A stretch of DNA of 64,000 bases, from the IMG/VR virus record IMGVR_UViG_3300025381_000001, one strand, 5' to 3'. This document shows, in pieces, positions 7,965-12,924 of this stretch (position 1 is the first letter of the stretch; each line of letters begins with the position of its first letter). The notes below the pieces were generated by a model, which did not search any database, had not been told where the DNA came from, and was given only the letters and a program-made list of their open reading frames with translations. Source of the stretch: a virus. The translations under genes were made by a program, and so were the position numbers.

Positions 7965-7966
7965 AA

Positions 7967-8197
7967 TTAGCACAGCTTCATTTGAATGGGAGCTTGCATC
8001 TTCTCTAGCCATGCTTCGAAGGCGGCTTCACCACTCAAGCATAGGCCGCGTGAACTGTTCTTGCGATAGACGTTGACAAGAAAGAAGTCGGGTTGTGCTT
8101 TGCCTTTGGGGTAGTAGTACATGACGTTGTATTCGCCGTGGATAGGGAAGGTGAACGTGCCCATGTGTTCGATTGTGGGTTGTGTTGTATTGCGCAT
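7967..8197 (-). CDS. hypothetical small protein
   Basis: ORF track entry with protein-like composition, within the early operon. Confidence 0.6.
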   Translation of the reverse strand: MRNTTQPTIEHMGTFTFPIHGEYNVMYYYPKGKAQPDFFLVNVYRKNSSRGLCLSGEAAFEAWLEKMQAPIQMKLC

Positions 8198-8206
8198 GAT
8201 GAGTCC

Positions 8207-8383
8207 TTAGAATTCGTTGATTAAGAGGGTGAGAACCGAGCCGAGGAGGAATGGGCAACCAATGGTGAGAGTGAGCCAAAGGTAGCCGCCCTCGTATTGA
8301 GCAAGGCCAGAGACGCCAACAGCCAAGCCGAATAGAAGTGTTGTTATTGCCAGCGAATAGGCCAGCGCGAGTTTGGAAGTCAT
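8207..8383 (-). CDS. hypothetical two-TM membrane protein (58 aa)
   Basis: ATG at 8383 after GAAAGG. Two hydrophobic spans (LAYSLAITTLLFGLAVGV and LTIGCPFLLGSVLTLLI). Confidence 0.55.
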   Translation of the reverse strand: MTSKLALAYSLAITTLLFGLAVGVSGLAQYEGGYLWLTLTIGCPFLLGSVLTLLINEF

Positions 8384-8393
8384 GGGATACCTT

Positions 8394-8588
8394 TCAGGTC
8401 GTGCGTTTGGGGTTAAGTTGAGAGAGCATGGCAAGGTCAGTCACCATGATGTAGTTTGATTTGTTCAGGGGAACAACAGTGTGGCGGCGTTGTTGCGCGT
8501 GGGTTTCGCCGCAGGATAGGCAGAGTTTGAAGCCCAACGCCCAGCGTTGTGGGCGCACGGCATCGCCGCATTTTGTGCAGTGGTGCAT
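8394..8588 (-). CDS. C4 zinc-finger protein, TraR/DksA-type zinc-ribbon-like
   Basis: CTKCGDAVRPQRWALGFKLCLSC resembles the CxxCGxxIPxxR...CxxC pattern of TraR-family zinc fingers. No N-terminal coiled coil is present. Confidence 0.4.
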   Translation of the reverse strand: MHHCTKCGDAVRPQRWALGFKLCLSCGETHAQQRRHTVVPLNKSNYIMVTDLAMLSQLNPKRTT

Positions 8589-8621
8589 GGTTTACCTTTG
8601 TGCTTGACACGTTTTGGAACA

Positions 8622-8649
8622 GCGGCGCGGCCTCACATTCCCGCGCCGC
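8622..8649. other. GC-rich stem-loop (9-bp stem GCGGCGCGG/CCGCGCCGC)
   Basis: Intergenic between 8679..9083 and 8394..8588. A TTTT run follows on the plus strand only and the tract on the minus strand is weak, so its function is unclear. Confidence 0.5.
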
Positions 8650-8658
8650 CACGTTTTC

Positions 8659-8676
8659 GGGGTCAGCGTGACCCCC
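8659..8676. repeat. early-arm palindrome copy 5 (GGGGTCAgcgTGACCCCC)
   Basis: Lies 2-3 nt beyond the TGA stop of 8679..9083. Confidence 0.85.
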
Positions 8677-8678
8677 AA

Positions 8679-9083
8679 TCATTCAAACGACACCGAAGCC
8701 TTCAACGCCACGATAAAGGCATTGAATTCGGCCTTGGTCAAGCCTGCCGCGATAACTTCTTTGGTCACGCTAGACACCAATGCCTTGGGCGCGACAACCT
8801 TGCGTGATTGCGTGGGTGCTTTACCTTGGGGGCGGTTAGGGTGCAACTTGAGCAAACGCGTCATTTTTTGCTCAGGCGCGGATTCCTTGGTGAATGTGAG
8901 GTAGTCGCCTTGCTTGGACTTATGGGCTTTTACGGTGTAATGCTTTTCACAAACGGCCACGACAATGGCGCGGTATTCGTCAAACGTGATTCGCGCCGCC
9001 TCTGCCGCAATTTGGTCAACGGTGAGTTGTTGCTTGTCATCTGTTTTGAGCAGAGTGGTGATGAGAGTATTGAGAGTAGTCAT
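8679..9083 (-). CDS. hypothetical protein, first gene of leftward early transcript
   Basis: The ATG at 9083 is chosen because the longer track ORF would include palindrome copy 6. Protein-like composition. Confidence 0.6.
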   Translation of the reverse strand: MTTLNTLITTLLKTDDKQQLTVDQIAAEAARITFDEYRAIVVAVCEKHYTVKAHKSKQGDYLTFTKESAPEQKMTRLLKLHPNRPQGKAPTQSRKVVAPKALVSSVTKEVIAAGLTKAEFNAFIVALKASVSFE

Positions 9084-9105
9084 GATGTGTACCTTTAAAA
9101 GATTC

Positions 9106-9122
9106 GGGGTCAACGTGACCCC
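9106..9122. repeat. early-arm palindrome copy 6 (GGGGTCAacgTGACCCC)
   Basis: Located in the predicted 5' UTR, between the extended -10 promoter and the 9083 start. Confidence 0.85.
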
Positions 9123-9157
9123 ATAACGAACCAGAACCATTCCGATTCGTTACACTC

Positions 9158-9166
9158 ATTATAGCA
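9158..9166 (-). promoter_or_regulatory. extended -10 promoter element (TGcTATAAT), leftward early promoter candidate
   Basis: The minus strand reads TGCTATAAT (consensus -10 with a TGn extension) about 75 nt upstream of the first early gene. Confidence 0.5.
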
Positions 9167-9256
9167 TGAGGGGTAGAACTAAGGGCTACTTGGCGGCGTG
9201 GTAGCGGCGTAATCTTGGAACCAAAGACCCCACCGTACCCCCAGAACCCCCTTTTT

Positions 9257-9280
9257 GACCATGCCGACCATGAAACCATG
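9257..9280. repeat. three direct (G)ACCATG repeats with 9-nt period
   Basis: GACCATGccGACCATGaaACCATG, in the divergent control region. Confidence 0.7.
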
Positions 9281-9300
9281 AACACTGTTCCGTAACCACT

Positions 9301-9329
9301 TTGTAGATTTTTATAACTTTTTGTCTAAT
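9301..9329 (+). promoter_or_regulatory. candidate rightward sigma70-like promoter (TTGTAG-17-TCTAAT)
   Basis: Hexamers with 17-nt spacing in an AT-rich tract upstream of the tRNA island. Weak match. Confidence 0.3.
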
Positions 9330-9395
9330 GACCCTACCCACAAACTTTTTATAAAAAATCCAAACATCTCTTGTCAAACGGTGTACACTATGTTT

Positions 9396-9625
9396 GTTGG
9401 TGGGGGTGCTCTAGCGAAGCACAACCTGACAAGGGTAGGCAACTGGGTGCAAATCCCAGACACCAACAACCAAGACGCATGAGGATTGGCTCCGAGAGTG
9501 CCGGAGCATAGAAGGGCAGTGCCCCCTACCAGTCCTCAGTCGTGTTGGTTGTGATAACCCGCCCCCGGCAGCGCGATTAAGTTCCGCGTGTGGCCACACC
9601 GCATAGTGAGTCGGGCCCAACCAAC
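9396..9625 (+). ncRNA. structured non-coding region made of three tRNA-sized closed helical modules (tRNA-like, non-canonical)
   Basis: Closing helices are GTTGGTG/CACCAAC (9396-9467), GAGGATT/AGTCCTC (9481-9537) and GTTGGTTG/CAACCAAC (9544-9625). Module 1 has a D-like arm (GTGC..GCAC) and a T-like arm (CTGGG-TGCAAAT-CCCAG). The overlapping ORFs look spurious. Confidence 0.35.
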
Positions 9626-9708
9626 AACTTTTAAGTATCCAACACGCCAAAATAAGTTTACAATCCGCAACATCATGAAAACCCCAATCCAACCGGAACC
9701 CAAGATCT

Positions 9709-9783
9709 CTGTGCGTAGCGCAGTGGTAGCGTTCTCGTTTTGGAAACGAGGGGTCGCTGGTTCGAATCCAGCCGCACAGACCA
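9709..9783 (+). tRNA. tRNA-Pro (anticodon TGG), CCA encoded
   Basis: Manual cloverleaf: acceptor CTGTGCG/CGCACAG (C1-G72), D arm GCGC-AGTGGTA-GCGT, anticodon arm CTCGT-TTTGGAA-ACGAG, T arm GCTGG-TTCGAAT-CCAGC, then A-CCA. Confidence 0.9.
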
Positions 9784-9810
9784 ATTTTCGATACTGATCA
9801 TCCCTGCAAC

Positions 9811-9895
9811 GGGGATGCGGCGCAGATGGTGAGGCGCGGCAGACTGTAAATCTGTTACTTCGGTTTAGTAGGTTCGATCCCAGTCATGCCAGCCA
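9811..9895 (+). tRNA. class-II tRNA-Tyr(GTA)-like gene with non-complementary 3' part (possible chimera or pseudogene)
   Basis: 85 nt. D arm GCGC-..-GCGC and anticodon arm GCAGA-CTGTAAA-TCTGT closely resemble E. coli tRNA-Tyr. The T stem (GTAGG/CCAGT) and acceptor (GGGGATG/CATGCCA) pair poorly. The 3' end CCAGCCA looks Gln-like. Confidence 0.5.
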
Positions 9896-9903
9896 ATAAA
9901 AAA

Positions 9904-9927
9904 GCCCCCGATATTTCTACCGGGGGC
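9904..9927 (-). terminator. intrinsic-terminator-like hairpin oriented for the minus strand
   Basis: GCCCCCG/CGGGGGC 7-bp stem. On the minus strand it is followed by TTTTTTATT. There is no U-tract on the plus strand. Confidence 0.45.
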
Positions 9928-10027
9928 GTCAAGGGTTTTACCCCAACTAGGAGACAAGCAATGGATTGCGCCACTGCAAAAGTGAGTGTACACTTGCGCC
10001 AACGGGAATGCAACCCGCAAGGACCAA

Positions 10028-10642
10028 ATGCTAGAACACCTGATTGACTTCATCCCACCTGTGGCTGCGCACGCGGCGCGGGGCACCATGCCTTTGGATA
10101 GGGCAGAGCCGGATGAAACGCTCAACGCACAAGTCAAGACAACCGAGTGGCTCGAACGCCTAGGCATCGTGGACGACAACGCCACGCTCAAAGAAGCCGA
10201 CGCCAACGCCGCCCGGAAAGTGTTCAGTGTGCTGGCCGGTACCGCGCCGGCAGCAGAAGCCAAAACCCAACTCACCCAACTCAAGACGCCAGAGGCTGTA
10301 CGCCATCTGGTCACAATGCTGTCCGCCTACGACTGGGAGTTCGTGGAGATGGCCAAAGAGTTGCGCGGCATGGCCGTGGCCAAAATCTTGGAAGAGACCA
10401 ATCACCCCGACGCACGCATCCGCTTGAAGGCGCTTGACATGCTGGGCAAGGTCACGGAGGTGGGGCTGTTCACCGAACGCATCGAGGTCAAGAAGACCGA
10501 GTTGCCCGACGCCGAGATCGACAAGAAGATCAAAGACAAGCTGGCCAAGTTCATGGGCGTCATCGACGCCAATGTGACCGATGTTAGTGAGCGCTCACCA
10601 ACAACCGTAGACCATGAAACTCAACGACCTGAATCTGACTGA
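10028..10642 (+). CDS. terS: terminase small subunit (putative)
   Basis: Lies immediately upstream of terL and overlaps it. ATG at 10028 follows AAGGA. The PDARIRLKALDMLGKVTEVGLF segment is typical of small-terminase helical cores. Confidence 0.6.
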   Translation: MLEHLIDFIPPVAAHAARGTMPLDRAEPDETLNAQVKTTEWLERLGIVDDNATLKEADANAARKVFSVLAGTAPAAEAKTQLTQLKTPEAVRHLVTMLSAYDWEFVEMAKELRGMAVAKILEETNHPDARIRLKALDMLGKVTEVGLFTERIEVKKTELPDAEIDKKIKDKLAKFMGVIDANVTDVSERSPTTVDHETQRPESD

Positions 10643-12164
10643 GGTCGAGATCAAGACCCTCCAGTTCGCGCTGCCCAAAATGTCGGGCGCGGAGAAGCTT
10701 GAGTTGTTGGAAATGCTGGAAGAGCGTGAGCGTCGCATGTCTCTGTCAAACGCTAGACTTGGCATGTTGGACTTTGCTAAACATGTGTACCCGGGATTTA
10801 AAATTGGGCCGCACCATAAGAAATTAGCAGGCATATTTACCGACGTGATCGAGGGGCGCAAGAAGCGCGTCATCATCAACATCGCGCCACGGATGGGCAA
10901 GTCCGAGTTCAGCTCCTACCTGTTCCCTGCTTATTTTTTAGGCAAGTACCCAGAGAAGAAGATCATCATGGGCACGCACACTGCGGGTCTGTCCGAAGAC
11001 TTTGGGCGGCGCATCCGCAACTTGATCGACTCAGATGAGTACCGCGAACTGTTCCCCAAGACGTTGGTGGCCGATGACCAAAAGGCGGCTGGCAAGTGGA
11101 GCACCGCTGCTGGTGGCCAGTACTACGCTGCGGGTGTGGGCGGCGCTCTTGCTGGGCGTGGTGCGGATTTGTTCGTTATTGACGATCCTCATTCTGAGCA
11201 GGACGTGAAGATCAACAGCCGCTTGGCCTTTGATACCGCGTGGAACTGGTTCCAAACTGGGCCGTTGCAGCGTTTGATGCCTAACGGGGCGATCATTGTC
11301 ATCATGACGCGCTGGAGTTTGATCGACCTCACTGGCCGACTCATTGACTACCAAACGCGCAACCCCGACGCTGACCAGTGGGAGATCGTGGAGCTGCCGG
11401 CCATCCTTGAGTCCGAAGACCCAGAGACGGGCGAGACCGTTGAGAAGTCACTCTGGCCAGAACAGTGGCCGCTGGAGCAGTTGAAGGCCAAACGCGCCAA
11501 CTTGGATCCCAAGTTCTGGAACGCCCAGTACATGCAACAGCCCACCTCCGACGCGGCGGCGATCATCTCAAGAAAGAGCTGGCGCATCTGGCCACAAGAC
11601 GACCCACCCCGCTGCGACTACATCATCCAGTCATGGGACACGGCGTTCGAGACAAAGACCAGCGCCGACTATTCCGCCTGCACAACGTGGGGCGTCTGGT
11701 ACAACGAGGAAGAAAACAACAAGGCGCAGATCATCTTGCTCGACGCCTTCAAAGCACGCATGGCCTTCCCCGAGCTAAAGCAGACCGCGCTCAAACACTA
11801 CAAGCAGTGGCAACCCGATGCGTTCATCGTGGAAAAGAAGGCCGCTGGCGCTCCACTAATACAAGAGCTGCGCAACATGGGCATCCCCGTGGACGAGACC
11901 AACCCTAGTCGTGGCAATGACAAGGTGGTACGATTGAATGCAGTCTCGGACTTGTTCGCCTCGGGCATGGTCTGGGCACCAGACACACGCTGGGCACGCG
12001 AGGTGATTGAAGAGGTGGCGTCATTCCCCAACGGAGAAAACGACGACTACGTGGATACCACATCGCAGGCATTGATGCGTTTTCGCCAAGGTGGGTTCAT
12101 TGCGCTGGACTCTGACGAGAAGGACGAACCTCTTTACTTCCGTCGCAAAGCAGCGTATTACTAA
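10614..12164 (+). CDS. terL: terminase large subunit
   Basis: Walker A IAPRMGKSE, Walker B GADLFVIDDPHSE, and a C-terminal RNaseH-like nuclease motif IIQSWDTAFETKTSADYSA. Confidence 0.9.
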   Translation: MKLNDLNLTEVEIKTLQFALPKMSGAEKLELLEMLEERERRMSLSNARLGMLDFAKHVYPGFKIGPHHKKLAGIFTDVIEGRKKRVIINIAPRMGKSEFSSYLFPAYFLGKYPEKKIIMGTHTAGLSEDFGRRIRNLIDSDEYRELFPKTLVADDQKAAGKWSTAAGGQYYAAGVGGALAGRGADLFVIDDPHSEQDVKINSRLAFDTAWNWFQTGPLQRLMPNGAIIVIMTRWSLIDLTGRLIDYQTRNPDADQWEIVELPAILESEDPETGETVEKSLWPEQWPLEQLKAKRANLDPKFWNAQYMQQPTSDAAAIISRKSWRIWPQDDPPRCDYIIQSWDTAFETKTSADYSACTTWGVWYNEEENNKAQIILLDAFKARMAFPELKQTALKHYKQWQPDAFIVEKKAAGAPLIQELRNMGIPVDETNPSRGNDKVVRLNAVSDLFASGMVWAPDTRWAREVIEEVASFPNGENDDYVDTTSQALMRFRQGGFIALDSDEKDEPLYFRRKAAYY

Positions 12165-12179
12165 GAAAGATTTAAGATC

Positions 12180-12251
12180 ATGGCAATCGACAAAGGCTTA
12201 TACCAAGCGCCGCTCGCGCTCTTACTATTAACAGGAATTCAAAATGGCTGA
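12180..12251 (+). pseudogene. duplicated 5' end of the portal gene (remnant 23-codon ORF)
   Basis: 12179-12208 is identical to 12924-12953 (cATGGCAATCGACAAAGGCTTATACCAAGC), and similarity continues 5 nt further with 1 mismatch. The remnant reads MAIDKGLYQAP and then diverges. Confidence 0.8.
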
Positions 12252-12915
12252 CATGGATTACGCACCATTTGAAGACATGGAAAATGTTGACTCAATGTTC
12301 AAAACATCGCGCGGGTCGACATATGCACATTTGGATGATGGCACAACCATTCGTAATCGCAGCGGCGCAAACCATTCAGATACAACCACCGGAATTCAGC
12401 CGTCATCTACAAAAACTTTGTACATGGATCCAAAAGCAACTAACGCTGTTGGTTCTTGGATTCAAGATGAAAACACAGCTACTCGTCTAATTCCAGAAAT
12501 GGACAATGGAAAATTTACAGGCAATGCGCTTGTACAAATGGCGGAAGATCATGTAATCCCGCCATCAAAATGGGTTCCAGAAGGAAAAGTTTACAAAGCT
12601 GGAGATACGGTTTCCCGTGTTCCAGTATCTTTAAAACCGGCGGTTGGTTTGCATCCGGTTGAAATTTACGGCAGCTCTGAAAGCCCAAAAGGCAGCAAAG
12701 CGCGTAACATCCACTTTGGAAATCAGATTACAGAAGTAATTCCAAAGGGCGGCGTCGGATCGGTAAGTAGCGACAACATGCCAATTCTTAATCCACTGTC
12801 CAATCCAATGATGGACCCCATCAGAAAAATGCAAGCTCAGTTGCAAGGTTACGCCAAACATGCAAAAGGCGGGATGATTGACAAGCCCTTGCAGGGCGGA
12901 AGCAAAACAATTTAA
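12244..12915 (+). CDS. hypothetical protein encoded on an AT-rich insertion between terL and portal
   Basis: 223-aa ORF, visibly more AT-rich than its flanks, bracketed by the portal-start duplication. Contains TSRGSTYAHLDDGTTIRNRSG and a C-terminal KGGMIDKP. Confidence 0.75.
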   Translation: MADMDYAPFEDMENVDSMFKTSRGSTYAHLDDGTTIRNRSGANHSDTTTGIQPSSTKTLYMDPKATNAVGSWIQDENTATRLIPEMDNGKFTGNALVQMAEDHVIPPSKWVPEGKVYKAGDTVSRVPVSLKPAVGLHPVEIYGSSESPKGSKARNIHFGNQITEVIPKGGVGSVSSDNMPILNPLSNPMMDPIRKMQAQLQGYAKHAKGGMIDKPLQGGSKTI

Positions 12916-12924
12916 GGAATAAAC

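Noticed and set aside
2965-9122. The 7-bp-stem, 3-nt-loop palindromes as N4-type hairpin promoters read by a virion RNA polymerase (the 2509-aa protein).
   Set aside because: N4 vRNAP promoters are hairpins of similar geometry. However, I found no T7/N4-like polymerase motifs (RxxxKx6-7YG, catalytic Asp motifs) and no DxDGD-type motif in the giant protein or elsewhere. Copy 2 also leaves only ~30 nt before the next start. I keep this only as a remote possibility.
2965-9122. The same palindromes as rho-independent terminators.
   Set aside because: On both strands the hairpin is preceded by T-rich and followed by A-rich sequence. No U-tract follows the stem in either orientation.
9186-9797. 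Track ORFs 9186..9377, 9411..9692, 9536..9784 and 9588..9797 as protein genes.
   Set aside because: They span the AT-rich promoter tract, the structured RNA region and the tRNA-Pro gene, and have W/C/R-rich, non-protein-like sequences.
9871-9895. GGTTCGATCCCAGTCATGCCAGCCA as an attP core (the 3' end of a host tRNA) marking a temperate phage.
   Set aside because: There is no integrase, excisionase or repressor anywhere in the window. The idea cannot be tested without the host genome, so I report it only as part of the chimeric tRNA observation.
9865-10314. The 149-aa minus-strand ORF opposite terS.
   Set aside because: It is an Ala/Ser/Arg-rich shadow of the terS frame. It crosses the terminator hairpin and the tRNA-Tyr-like 3' end.
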